64,000 bases of DNA from Amoebidium appalachense (GCA_963693365.1 CAVNZM010000001.1:18028783-18092782), one strand, 5' to 3'; positions 11,752 through 25,173 are shown, numbered from the stretch's first letter. Made by a program: numbers and translations. The notes: a model not told the origin generated them from the sequence alone.

Positions 11752-12374
11752 CTGGACCCTTCTTTTTTATTTATTTAAGGGATGGGTATGTAGGACTAAA
11801 TTTGTTTTTCCCCCTCCTTTTCTTTTTGCAGGGACGGGGGTGTAGTACTATGGGAAAAGTACTACATACATCAATGATTCAACCCTACATGGGTGAGAGC
11901 ATGATACTGCTTCCAAAGTAGCTTACCTCCAGCACTAAATAGTCTAATGAAGGTAGCATTGGAAAGGTCTGATTGCACACAGACAACCCGCGTTGCCGAA
12001 ATTGAACTTTCTGTGAGTGTGCTGGTGGCGGCGATGATGGTGGTCGTGGTGTGTGTGTGTGTGTGTGTGTGTTTGTGTGTGTGCGTGTGTATGTGTGTGT
12101 GGGTGGGTGGGTGGGTGTGTGTGGAGGCGGGGGGGGGGAGGGGCACACACCCGGCGCTCTGAAGCTTTGTTTTTGGTTGACGTTTCAGCCAGTCGCCCGA
12201 ACCCTTGCATTGGGTATGCCCTTAACATGGCTGAAATCTAAGAGAACAACAAGATATAGCCCTCCCCCCCCCCCCCCCCCCCCCCCCCTCCCCCCCCCCC
12301 CCCCCCCCCCCTCCCCACGCACGCACGCACGCACCCACGCACCCACGCACATACCCACCCACACACGTACAGAC

Positions 12375-12422
<48 letters not shown>

Positions 12423-12611
12423 TACACACACAAACATACACACACAGGCGCGTGCACACACGCACATACACACGCACACACACACACACTGACACACACT
12501 GCTACACACACATTCTCTCTCTCATCTGGTTGAGGACACACGCACGCACACACCCTTTCACCTACACACACACACATACACTCACAACGCGCGCGTGCAC
12601 ACACACACATG

Positions 12612-12749
<138 letters not shown>

Positions 12750-13195
12750 CACACGCACGCACACACACACACACTGATACACACACTCTCGCATCCCACA
12801 CACACATCCCACACACACACACACACACTGACACGCCTGCTCGGTTTCGGGTGAGGCCAGACGCACACGCAAACACACCCACACATGCACGCAGGCGTGC
12901 ATACTCGCACCCCAGGGCCGCTGTTAATATGATCACCATCAGAATAAACATAAGCACACCTGCACACGAGAAAATTTGCTTCAAGGCTTCCGGCTTTGAC
13001 AATGTGTGTTTCTCTTGGTCTTCTAGTGGCTAAGTCCACATATATTTTCAGATTTTGGGGGGTGGAATCCCCTCTATTCCTTCCCCCCCCCCCCCCCCCC
13101 CCAAACAATTGATGCATCCGAAATGTACCCTGATCGGAGTACTTAGCGGTGTGTGTGTGTGTTTGTTTGTTTGCTTGTTGAAATAGTGTGTGGAT

Positions 13196-13291
13196 GTCAC
13201 GATCCCCGTGACGGGGAGTCCTGGAAGGAAGTATAGGTAATTCGGTTCCGTGAGCATGCCATGGTGCACGCCACTGGATCCGGATCGTGAC
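13196..13291. repeat. Short element bounded by 10-bp perfect inverted repeats
   Basis: GTCACGATCC (13196-13205) and GGATCGTGAC (13282-13291). Confidence 0.4.
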
Positions 13292-14212
13292 CAGGAAAGG
13301 CAGGCCGAAAGTTTTTCCATGATCCGGCGCGCCGGACTACTGTTAAAAATGTTCTATGAATCACTCTCAATTGATGTCAGGCGGTCACAATAGTAGCCTA
13401 CTGGCAACCCGTATTATTACTGTTGATGCTATCAAATTTCGTTTCGTGCAGGTGATGCTACCGGTGATGCTCGATCCGTCTCTGCACAGTCTTAAATGGC
13501 AAAAGGAAACAAATCCAAATACAGCTTTTTCGATGGCTGTCACTTATTTTCTTCAGTTTACAATTAGCCTCTTGTAGCTGCATTCGTTGTACGTCAGTGC
13601 ACATGAGTCACACGTGCACGCACGTCACACTCACCCGGCCCCGGGCATATGCATGGCAGTCACACGCAGTCGCAGTGGGGGCCCTCGTGCCGCCTGTAAC
13701 TCCGGCCGCGTTCAGTTGCCAACAACTACTTCATGGGCCGATTTTGGACACGCGTAACCTCGTGAATACAGCGCTACTGTACATACTGATATGGTTGGTT
13801 TGGTAAATCACGAGTCAAACGCGAAACAAAAAATAAGAGAAACTTTGATGTGAATAAAAAATGAGAAGATCGGAATGCAGAAATTCCTGAATGCAGACTT
13901 TTTCAATTGATACAATTTGACAATGTATGTACATATAATTATCAGGCCACTGCCAATGCGGCTGTGATACCATTAGGTATTGCACAAAAAAAAAACTTAT
14001 TGAATATGTACATATTTTAATATTCCATAAAAAACTAAAATAAAATGATTCCACCATAGATACTTTTGTGGATCATAGACCCGGTTTTTTGTTGCTAGAT
14101 GGCCCACACAAGTCCTAATATAAGTCCACACGCATTGGCCAATAGTCACGCCTTGAAGAGTGCACCTTTGAAACCATGCGCGGAATTTGGAATGCGGCCG
14201 TACATAGGGGTG

Positions 14213-14218
14213 TATAAA
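14213..14218 (+). promoter_or_regulatory. TATA box
   Basis: TATAAA 87 bp upstream of the ATG of the intronless secreted-protein gene. Confidence 0.45.
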
Positions 14219-14299
14219 CAGCGCAGTATGTTGGAGAGCTCACAACTTTGCAGTTCACAGTTCTGAAGTCGGACTAGAGCGGCAGCCAAGAAACATAAA

Positions 14300-15466
14300 A
14301 TGAAACTCCTCACCTTCACAACCGCTTTTCTGTGCGCCGTTTCGGCTCAGGTTTACGCCCAGGACCCTTCTGTCGACATCGACTTGTTTGACATTGGCGA
14401 CGCCGCCCCTTCCCCCGCTCCTAGGCCTGTTACTGTCGCCCCTACTAATAGGCCCGCGCCCGTTGCAGACAAAAAACTAGGACTCCGCATCCCTCCCCAG
14501 GCTCTTGCCAACATCCCCAAGGAAGCACAGGACCGCATTGCTGCCGCTCGCGACCGTCAGGCTGCCGCCAACGACCATGCTGCCGCGGCCAACAACTTGA
14601 GGGCTGCTGCCGAGGCTGGTGCTGCTGCTGCTGCCGACCGCCGCGCTGCCGCCCAGGCACGCAAGCAGAGCGGTGACAGCCGTGGCGCCGACATTGACCA
14701 GGCTGCGGCCGATGCCGATGACGACGCCGCTACCCAATACAAGGGGGCTGCCGACCAGGAGAACGGAGGGGCCCAGACCGATGCCCGCCAGGCTGTTCTT
14801 GACCGCCTGCCTGCCACTGCTCGTGCGCCCTACCAAGCAGCCAAGGCCAAGCGCCCCAGCCGCTTCCGGAACCGCCGTCAGGCTGAGGAGCCATTGGCGC
14901 CAGTGGTTGACCTGACTCCAGTCGTTGGCAGCGTCCCTGCCCCAGTCGTTGACCAGGCGCCAGCGGTTGGCCTCAGTGCTCCAGCGGTTGACCTCAGTGC
15001 TCCAGTGGTGGACCTGACTCCAGTCGTTGGCAGCATCCTTGCCCCAGTGGTTGGCCAGGACACCGCTGCCGCACCTCTTCTAGTTGGTAATACCGCCGCG
15101 AGCCTTCCCCCTGTGTCCGCCCTTGAACCAGTATTGGTTTCGGAGCCAGCTGTGGTGGCCCCCGCCCCTGCCCCTGAACCCGTGATTGTCAACCCGGCCC
15201 TCCCCCCGACCCCCTCTGCGGCACCCGGTGCCGACCGCGTTGCCCAGAGACCTTCAGCACAGAGACCTGCAGCCCAGGCAGATGAAGCCGCCAAAGAGAA
15301 GGCCCAGGCAGCTCGGAAGCGCGGCGACGCTGCTAAGGAGCGCGAGCAGGCCTCGAAGGCCCTGGAGTTGGCTACCGCTGAGCGTATAACTGCGGCACGG
15401 GAGAGGGCTACCGCTGAGGCCGCTGCTGCCCGCGCTGCCGCCAAGGGCCGAGGCCGCAAGTGGTAG
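14300..15466 (+). CDS. Intronless secreted Ala/Pro/Val-rich protein, probable proprotein
   Basis: 388-aa clean ORF with AAAATG start context, signal peptide MKLLTFTTAFLCAVSAQVYA, internal repeats (VVDLTPVVGS x2, APAV..SAP), central RFRNRR site and tandem stops TAG TAA. Confidence 0.85.
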   Translation: MKLLTFTTAFLCAVSAQVYAQDPSVDIDLFDIGDAAPSPAPRPVTVAPTNRPAPVADKKLGLRIPPQALANIPKEAQDRIAAARDRQAAANDHAAAANNLRAAAEAGAAAAADRRAAAQARKQSGDSRGADIDQAAADADDDAATQYKGAADQENGGAQTDARQAVLDRLPATARAPYQAAKAKRPSRFRNRRQAEEPLAPVVDLTPVVGSVPAPVVDQAPAVGLSAPAVDLSAPVVDLTPVVGSILAPVVGQDTAAAPLLVGNTAASLPPVSALEPVLVSEPAVVAPAPAPEPVIVNPALPPTPSAAPGADRVAQRPSAQRPAAQADEAAKEKAQAARKRGDAAKEREQASKALELATAERITAARERATAEAAAARAAAKGRGRKW

Positions 15467-15917
15467 TAAGCCTTACTAGGCTACAGGGATTAAGATGTAC
15501 TAGTATGGGTTAAGTTAAGGTGCAGTGACCTCACTAATCAGGTTAGTCAAAGTTTTTTTAAAAATATTTTTTTAAAGAAAAAAAGCAGAATGGTGTCCTT
15601 AATTATAATTGGTACTGAAAGCCAAACTTTAAATTCTGATCATTTTTCGGTAGTATACCCTTTCAGCAGATATATATCTATGATCACATCCCCCACCTCC
15701 CCGCCCCAGAGTGACACACACACACACACACACCGTGGCACACACACACACCTACACACACACACACACACACACACCCACACATACTTCCACGCCACAC
15801 GTGCACACGCACACAAACACACACACACCCTTCGTGTCCCCCCCCCCCCCTCCCCCCTCCCCCACCCTCCGACGCTCTCTCTCCAGCTTTCCCCCCCCCC
15901 CTCCGTCCCCCATAGGA

Positions 15918-15980
<63 letters not shown>

Positions 15981-17197
15981 CCACCACCACCACCACCACC
16001 TTCCGCCGTACTCCAGGCCTGAACTTCACTCATACACACTCAAAACACGAGCGCACAGGACTGCAATGTACGTTTGCACTGAATTTGCCCCTTCCCCCTG
16101 TCAGTCCCCCCTCTCCCCCCCTACCCTTTGGTACACCAATTCCATCCCCGAGGCTCTGAGAACCCCCCCCTGTTTCACACACCATGCATAGGGTACGTAC
16201 ATGTACACCCTAGTAAATCATGAGCCGTAAGAAGACAGGAGTACATTTGGCCATGCAATGAGCAACAATTAAGGGGAAAGCAATCAAAAATTCACCTGTA
16301 TAGGTGTCACATCCACGTGCACACTAGTAGGTCAAATTTATATTTGCAAGTTGCTCTGGTGGCCTGCGGTAATCTCTTGTTTAAATTTTGCAATTAATTA
16401 TTGCTATAAGTGAAAGTACGGGGTGAGGTTGCTGTAATGAGCTCAGACTGTGTGCAGAATATGATGCATGTTTACAACAATAATATTCCATGCCGGTGCT
16501 AACTAATACTAAACTACGTACTACAAGTACGTATGTGACTCCACCTAATGAGTTTGAAAGGCAATGGCTTAATAAAAACACGTGTACACAGCTGATAGCA
16601 TCTATGTACACGAGTCATCATGTTCACGGCATATGATATCATGGCACAGCAAACGAATAAAAGGAACTTGCGTCAAATGCATCCGATCTGCCCCTAGCCA
16701 ATAAAAACTGGTAAATAACATGACATGATCGGCGTTAATTTACATAACCCGTTAAAGAGGAGTGTAGTCTTACACGGTGTTGTGCACTGTAGCAATTTGT
16801 GTGAGCCAGCTAAATTCAGTACTGAATACACAACGGAGGTTGCAAAGAGTACGTGCGTCTGCATCCTAACGGGGTGTGTGCTATGCATACTGTATGGGTT
16901 GAAGATGCGTGTGTGTGCTCCCACGTCACGGCAGCCTACACTCACGGTCATAACCACAAAATAGTACACCATATTCGCTATCTGAGAATCCTTTACAATA
17001 AAACGAAGGTTCGATTAAGTCACACCCATTCGAATATTGGCCATTTTCGCTGCACATTCAATTCATGAAGGCACAACAAGTATATACCTTCATTACGGAG
17101 CAAAATGTAAACGGGGAGAAGGACAGAAACAATATGAAAACAGTACAACATGATTTCCCTCAAAAAAAAGGAAAGAAAGAAAAAAGAAAGAAAGCAA

Positions 17198-18055
17198 TCA
17201 CAGCCGCGACAGGCTCGACCTTGGTCCTCTGTAAATCTTTCTTGGTGGGGATAGCGATGCCGCGGCCCTTACCACCGACTGCCTCCCCCTCACCACCAGC
17301 ACCCTGCCGGCCCCAATCCTCGTCGCGGCCACCACCGCAACCACCAACCCCACAAACACAGCAAAAGGCAACAACATAGCCACCTGTTTCTTCCACATTA
17401 ACTGCTGAGTCCACTCCTTGTATTTCCTTTGCGCCTTTGCACGCGCCGGCTCCTGCCATAACGGGGGCGACAATCCCACAAACGGGTCGCACAAACCGTC
17501 CACCTTAACCGTTGTGGTGTTTGTCACTTCCTCGAAAACATTTAACCCTTCGTCCGACGTTTGGGACGCGCGCACGTCGGAAATGATCGTTTTCAGTATT
17601 TCACGCGGGCCTGGCCTGTCCTCCGGCCGATACGACATCATCTTAGGGATCAAATTGCACAAAACGGGATATGGGCAGCTGTTGGGAATTTCCGGATAGA
17701 GTTTCGCTTTTTCTTCATTCAGCCAGCTGCGATCACGCGTGAGCCGATAGGTGTTTACGATCGCGGCATATTTTTGCGATCTATCCTCTTCCGGTGCATT
17801 TGAATCCGAAATTCCCGTTGGCGGATGGTCAAACGGCATCAGCCGCCACAGGATTGCGCCCATGTTGTACACGTTTGCCTTGTGCGTCATGGTGGCATCG
17901 CATCGTATCTTCTCCGGCGAAAACATTACAAATTTGTGGGGTTTGTCCGGTTCGAAGCACAAAACCCGTGCCGGCTCTTCCTCCCACGAATCCAAATCCA
18001 CCATCGTTGCCTGCAACAATTTACGGTTATTAATGCCGGTGCCAGAATACCCCTC

Positions 18056-18086
<31 letters not shown>

Positions 18087-18284
18087 AAAAAAAAAAAAAA
18101 GAGAGAGAGAGAGAGAAAGAGGGGAAGAAGAAGAAAAGAAAAAGGAAGAAAAGAAAAGAAAGAAAGAAAAAAACAATCCAAGACACCTCAGCACCCCATC
18201 CATCCACTCACCTACAAAAGGACAACATAAATGAGCACATACCACATATACAAACACATGCGCAACTCCACACACTGATAGCAG

Positions 18285-18325
<41 letters not shown>

Positions 18326-18364
18326 AAAAAAATCCATCCCCCTGCGTGCGTACATGCAAACACA

Positions 18365-18407
<43 letters not shown>

Positions 18408-18849
18408 CCTCACAAAAAACGGGTGACGTACCTTGACACACCCGCTTGCAGTCCTTTGCATCATCAGCTGGTTTGCAGTGAAGTCGAAATGCACCGCAGG
18501 AATAGGGGCCACAGTTGAAAATTCATCCAAGAGCCGTACGAGGTCTATCATGTAGAGGCGCCACTCAGACCACGTCTGCGGCCTATTTTTGGGAAAAAGC
18601 AAAGTAAGTGTGTGGATATGAGCGGTGAGAAAAAGAGGTAGGGGTAGAGCTAGCACACAGGCAACGAGCAGAGAAAAAGGATCTCAGAGCAACAAGAGCG
18701 TGGCAGGGAAGCATATGTGGGTCACACAGAGAATGCAGCAGACAATGAAGCTAGTGGAAACTCTACGACAATGGGAAATAAAACGATTGGTTGAAGGAGA
18801 AGGCCGAGTGGCATGGAGTGGTGGAGGTGTGTGTGTGTGTGTGTGGGTG

Positions 18850-18886
<37 letters not shown>

Positions 18887-19005
18887 GCTGTACATAGTGC
18901 AACAGCACTTGAACACACACACCCATAAAGCGTAACCGTGGGGACAACAACCGCCACATAAACCGCCCTTTTCTTTCTTTCTTTTTTTTTTTTTGGGTGT
19001 GAGGA

Positions 19006-19039
<34 letters not shown>

Positions 19040-19115
19040 CGCGCACGCGCGCATGTGCCCGTGTGTGTTGGTGTGGCCGGTGCCGGTGCCGGTGCCGGGG
19101 CGGAGCGCCGGGGAA

Positions 19116-19157
<42 letters not shown>

Positions 19158-20062
19158 GGAGGGTTAAAATGTGTTACGGGGTACAGAGCACACATTCACG
19201 ACGGCCAACACAAAGCAAATTTTGCAAAGCACACAAAAACAGCATGCATCATGAGTAGAGCCCATCCCTCAAGTGGAGCCCAAGTCATCAACAGGACCCA
19301 ATTTTCGACCCGTTCACGTTGCATGCAAAACCTGGGGAGGGTGAGGGGAAGGAATGGCGGTGTGTGTGTGTGTGTGTGCGTGTGTGTGTGTGTTTGGGGG
19401 AGGGGGAGGGGGTGGGGGGGGGGGGGGGGGGGGAAGGGAGAGTTTTTTTTTCATACTTTGTGTTAGGGACAAAGACGTGGCGAAGGAGATTTGGGCCCAC
19501 CGGAAAAGGGCATGGGGAGAGGGAGAGGGAAATGGGCGGGACAAGGGGGAAAGGAGGGGGGAACCACATGCCTGCACTCCCTCTTGCCCAGGCTGCAGCC
19601 CTTGGCCAGTGTCATAACTACCCAATCACCGCTGCACCTTTTGATTGGTTGCGTGCTATGGGGGGTGTTGTACGACTCGAGCGAAAACCACGCCTGCTCC
19701 AACAACACGTTTTTTCTCTCCTCTGGAACTGGGTTATCCGGGTCTCTACCGTCGTGTATCCTTGCGAGAACGACAGGTGTCCCGGCATCTTCAGCTATTC
19801 CGGTTACTGAAGTTGTGATAATTTCCGGGTCTTGAAGCAAACCTTTGAATATCTCCTTATAGTGGCCGCTGCCTATTCTCTCCGTAACAAGTATGTCTGC
19901 ACACAGCTCATCCTCACTGAAATCGGGTAAATCGGTGCTCCTTCTTGAGCGAGTTGCGGACGGCGCAGCCTCAGCAGCATAAGACAAAAGGGTCACAGAT
20001 GAAGCTAGTACAATTGTTTCACTCAAAAAGAGTATGCACGCGGATAATACCCCACGGGCCAT
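17198..20062 (-). CDS. Luminal/extracellular kinase of the POMK (SgK196)/PKDCC (VLK) clade with signal peptide and C-terminal TM helix; 3 exons
   Basis: Exons 20062-19572, 18582-18432 and 18010-17198 join in frame. Motifs IGSGHYKEIF, HFDFTANQLMM, MVDLD (DFG equivalent), FSPEK, KANVYNMG and MMSYRPEDRP; hydrophobic N-terminus and TM VAMLLPFAVFVGLVVAVVAA. Confidence 0.8.
19161..19311 (-). repeat. Copy of the ~150-bp dispersed element family (kinase intron 1)
   Basis: Termini GGGTTAAAAT / ATTTTCGACCC; shares GAGCCCATCC..GCCCA.GTCATC.ACAG with the other copies; abuts a poly-G run on +. Confidence 0.75.
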
Positions 20063-21161
20063 TTTTGAAACTATGTGCTGTCAATAGAGTATGTCATATG
20101 AGCAGGATAGAGGCCTGAGCAAGTGGCTATGGTGTGAAGGGCTTTGCCTGCGGTACAGTTTCTAAACCGCGTAACGGCGGAAAAAACTAAGAAGAAAACG
20201 AAGCATGCACGCACCACTATCAGCACTTAAGTTTCTGCTGTTTGTAGGGGCTACTTAAGTCTGCTACGGTGAAAGCCCTGCCTGACGGTTGGGTGTCGGC
20301 TGTGTCTGTGTTTTAGTAAAGCCTAGACTACTAGGAAGCATTCAACCAGCTTTACTACCTTGCACCCTCAGTTTCGTTTTCGCTTGTCCCAGCCAGGCCC
20401 ACAACAAAAGCACACGGGACCAATGCTTGACTTCCCCACTCTCCTTTACGCGTACGTGTGCATGCAGAACATGTGACCTCCTAGCCTAACAGGCTGTGTG
20501 GGTGTGAAGTTCGGCCTAAAACGAAAAACCGCGCATGCCACACTTGCAAGCAAACGAAAACACACAAAGCACACAAAACACGCGTGGCACAGTGGCACAG
20601 GTAAGCACACGCGTAACCCAATCAGAAAGGAGAAAATGCTTTATTGGTAGAGTCATGCAAAAGATGAATGGTCCAGGTCCACTCCATATGCCTGTACATG
20701 GCATGCATATGTAATCATAATACCCTCAGGACAAAATGCAGGTCCTGCAGGAAATAGGACGAAGACTTATTATCCAATCGTCATAGCATTTTCCACTACG
20801 TACTATCTCGTAATACCATAAGCGTATTCTTGGAGTGGAGTAAGGTATGCTTAGCACCAACAACCCAGCCCAAGTTACAGCTAGCCCAGTGGGCCAGCAG
20901 AGAAACACCTCAAGGTTACTTTTGCCGCGCTCTGAGGCGCACTTTTGAGCGGCTCATGACTTATTGCTGACCGAAAAAGGCTATTTTCGGTTATGTTGAA
21001 GAGTCCGCGGCTGTACGTCCGCCTCTCGGACGTTAGTCGGCGACTCTCCGAGTCGCCTACCCTCAGATAGTCCGACAGGTCCTCGAGCTCCGGCGCTTAC
21101 GAGTTTTTTGTTAGACACGATAGGCCGATAAGCCAAAAACATTGACATTGACAACAAGAGA

Positions 21162-21269
21162 ATGGGGGGTGATACTGGGCGAGGGCGCTATGTGTTTGTG
21201 ACTGTGGGCACCACCAGCTTTGACGGTCTGATCAACGAGGTTCTGGGTGAACCCGTAGGTTTCCTCCCC

Positions 21270-21324
<55 letters not shown>

Positions 21325-21391
21325 TTCCCCCCTCCTACCCCATCTCACCCGCCTTCCTTCCAAAGTGTCGCCCCGTTTTTCCTGGTCTGCC

Positions 21392-21450
<59 letters not shown>

Positions 21451-22114
21451 CCCTCCCCTGCACACACACACACCAAACACCCCCTCCTTAAATAAAAGGG
21501 AAGAAAATACAGGGAAAAGGAGGAGTAAAGTAAAAGACACAATAGTAAAGACACACCAGTCGGTCCATCTTATATTACAACCTTGAGTCAGCTGTACATA
21601 AATGTTACGGCTGCATGCCTTTCTCTGGGTTCAAGTTCCATGGCGCCTGTATGCCTTCTTCGTCCTCTCTCTCTCTCCCTCCCTCCCTCCCTCCCTCCCT
21701 CCCTCCCTCCCTCCCTCCCTCCCTCCCTCCCTCCCTTCCTCCTTCCCTTTCTCCCTCCCTCGCCCCCCCCCCCTTTCTCTCTCTCTCTCTCTCTCTCTCT
21801 CCCCACTCCGGGCTCTCTCTCTCTCTCTCTCTCTCCCTCTGTCTCTCTCCCTCTCCCTCTCCCTCTCCCTCTCCCTCTCCCTCCCCCTCCCCCCGCCCCC
21901 GCCCCCGCTCTCGCCCCCCGCCCCCGCCCCCCGCCCCGCGCCCTCGCCCTCGCTGTCGCCCTCTCTTTCTTTCTTGGGATCTCTCTCTCTCTCACTCACA
22001 CACTCTCTCTCTCTCTCTCTCTCTCTCTTGCTCTCGCTCTCGCTCTCGCTCTCACTCTCGCTCTCGCTCTCTCCCTCTCTCTCTCTGTCTCTCTCTCGCT
22101 CTCTCGCTCTCTTG

Positions 22115-22200
<86 letters not shown>

Positions 22201-23561
22201 CGCCTCCTTCCCGCTCTCCCCTCCCTCCCCCCATCCCCCCCCCCCCCTACCCCCCGTCCCTCCCTCCCTTCCACTCCCTCTATCTCTACCCCCCCCCCCC
22301 CCCCGCCTGTTTCAGCCTGCACAGATGCAGAAGAGTTGGCTCATATTGCTTTTTTTTTTGTTGCAGGTGCTCACCACACTTGCCAAAAATGGCTACCGCA
22401 CCGTGGTTGCGCAAATAGGGAGGGGTAGGGAGGAGACAGCACAGGCGGCAGCCGCGGAAAAGAGAGGGAAGGTGGGGGTGGAGTATTATCGGTTCAAGGA
22501 CTCCCTGGCAGAAGATATGAGGGGCGCTGACCTGGTTATAAGCCATGCAGGTGCGTAGGTTATCCTGTGGAATATTTTGTTTCTGAAATGAGACTTGCCA
22601 CCCCCTTCCCGAGACTCCACCTCCCTCCCCCCCCCCCTCTCTCTCTCTCCCTCTCCCCCCCCCCCCCCCCCCCCCCCCCTCCTTCCTCCCCTTTGCCCCG
22701 TCCCTCTATCCCCTTCTGTCTTCGGCACCCCTTCTTTCCCTCTTCTCCTGGAGAATTTTGCTTCCTTCCCCTCCCCCCATCTTCCCGCTGGGGTTCGCTG
22801 ACACACACACTTAGATCAGTTCTTTCTTTCTCTCTTGCCTTTGGGGTGTATTACTTCTGTGGAGTATGGGCAGGCAATATGGGGTGGGAGGCAGGACCTG
22901 ACTGGAAAGAGGGGCGGGCGGGGCGGGGGGGGGGGGGGGGGGGGGGGGAGGGGGGGGGGGGGGGGGGGAGGGGGGGGGGGGGGAGCGTCGATAGAGGGAT
23001 GAAGTTGCTTAAAGTTTGGGTAAGAGGGGTTTGGGGTTTGTTTTTCCCTTTGTGTGAATGTGTGTGTGTGTTTAGGGAGGGGGGGAGGGGAGGAAGGGGG
23101 ACGGGGGAGGGGAGGGAAGGAGGGGGGAAGGAGCAAGGAAGAGGGATATGGGGGAGCTTTGGGTAGCAGGGGACACTGTGGGGAAGGGGGGTTGGGGAAG
23201 GAAGGTGGGGCAGGGGGAAGTGGGGGTCGGGGAAGAGGGGGAGGGAGAGAGAGGGGGCGGTGCGCGAGGGGGGGGGGGGGGGGGGGGGGGGGCATTAGCG
23301 GGCAGGGGGATTGCGGCAAGGAAGATGGCCGGGGGGAGGGGGGGGGGGAGAAGAATATGGATGGTATGGACATGAGGGGCCAGGAGGGGAGTGGGTGGGG
23401 ATGGGCGTTGGTGTGCTCGATGTGTATATGTGTGTGTACCATACCCAAAACAGTCGATGATCATAGTAGAGGCGGGACCCCCCGGACACACACTCTCTCT
23501 CTTTCTTCCATTTCCCTCTCCCTATATATATCTCTCTCTCTTTCTTCCATTTCCCTCCCCC

Positions 23562-23593
<32 letters not shown>

Positions 23594-24853
23594 ATCCCCC
23601 CTCCAATTCCGCCTCTCCCCATTTCCGTTCTTATCCCCCCCCCCCCCCCCCCCCCCCCCCTTCCCCCCTTTCCCATCGCCTGCCCCTGCATCTTCCCCCA
23701 CAGATTATTCGGCATATCCATTTTTAACCCCAATATATCCAGGATATATCCATTGTTAACATCCAGGATATATCCATTGTTAACCCCAATGTATCCAGGA
23801 TATATCACTGTTAACCCCATATATCAAGGATATATCCATTGTTAACCCCCATATATCCAGGATATATCCATTTTAACCCCAACACATGCAGGATATATCC
23901 ATGTTTAACCCCACTGTTTGCAGGGTCGGGCAGTGTTCTTGAGGCGTTGAATGCCGGCAAGAAGTTGATAGTTGTAGTCAATGAGGGGCTGATGGACAAC
24001 CACCAGTTGGAGCTGGCTTCCCAGCTGGGCAAAATGCAACACCTCCTGTACTGCACTTGCACGTACGTGTTTTGCATATCCTCCCCCCCCCCCCCCCCCC
24101 CCCCTCCCCCCCCCCAACCCAACCCAACCCAACCCCCTTTCCCCCTCTTTATTTCTCACACGCACACACCCCTCCACACACACGCCTTGCAAGTCCCTCC
24201 CCCCCCCCCCCCCCCACACACACCCTTTCCTTACACCCGCACACTCACACAAACACGCCTTGGGCATCCCCCCCCCCCCCCCCCCCCCCTCCTCCTCCTC
24301 CACCTTTTTCCTGCTCTCCCGTTGAGAAGGCTCCGTCATCTTTATATATGGCTGCCTGTTGAGGTTAGCGGGTGGAAACTTGAGGTACTGTGGATGGCTG
24401 GGTACACACGGCCTATACTGATGTTGGGTACTGTGTGTGTTTGTTTTTGCATATTCATATGAGTGTTGTGTTTCCAACATGTATCTGACTATGTGGTATT
24501 TTGTAACACATTGTTAACCTCTCTTGCATTGCTCTCCGTGCCACACAAACATCGAAGTACACATGTGCATGCATATGAAAAACACACAAGCACATATTTT
24601 TATATTAAATTTGCATGTCCTCACACACACCAAATCACACTCCACTTAGACTGCATGTGCGTGTGTGGTGTGAGCTTTATGTTGTGTTCTATAACCCTCC
24701 CCCCAGACTTGGGCCCTCCCTGAGGACGGGCTCTGCTTATGGCACATACTGTGCGCATTGCTGATGTTGCATGCTCAAATGTTTGCCTTTGCATGTGTCC
24801 TGCATCATGCTTCTTGTCGTGTATATGTACTTCGGACCGAGTTTCGCATTCCC

Positions 24854-24903
<50 letters not shown>

Positions 24904-25142
24904 CCCCCGGGCCCCGTGCCCACCTGCCCCTGCTTTCTTTTGATTTGAAGGAAGGATGTATTGGGAACCTAACCATACACAGGAGAATAAAGAGCCCCAA
25001 CCTCCAAGCATTTTTTGTATGGCTCTTTGCAGAATCTGTGTTGTGTTGTGTATCGTGAATGTGCATTTTGTAGCCTCTAACACATACCAAACCGCTAACT
25101 CACCCTACCCTAAACACCACCTCTTTTTTTTTCCTCTTTTTT

Positions 25143-25173
<31 letters not shown>

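Noticed and set aside
19161-19311. Calling the 150-bp family H/ACA snoRNAs
   Set aside because: The length fits and four copies end in ACANNN, but others have GCA or CCA at that position, and no consistent H box was seen.
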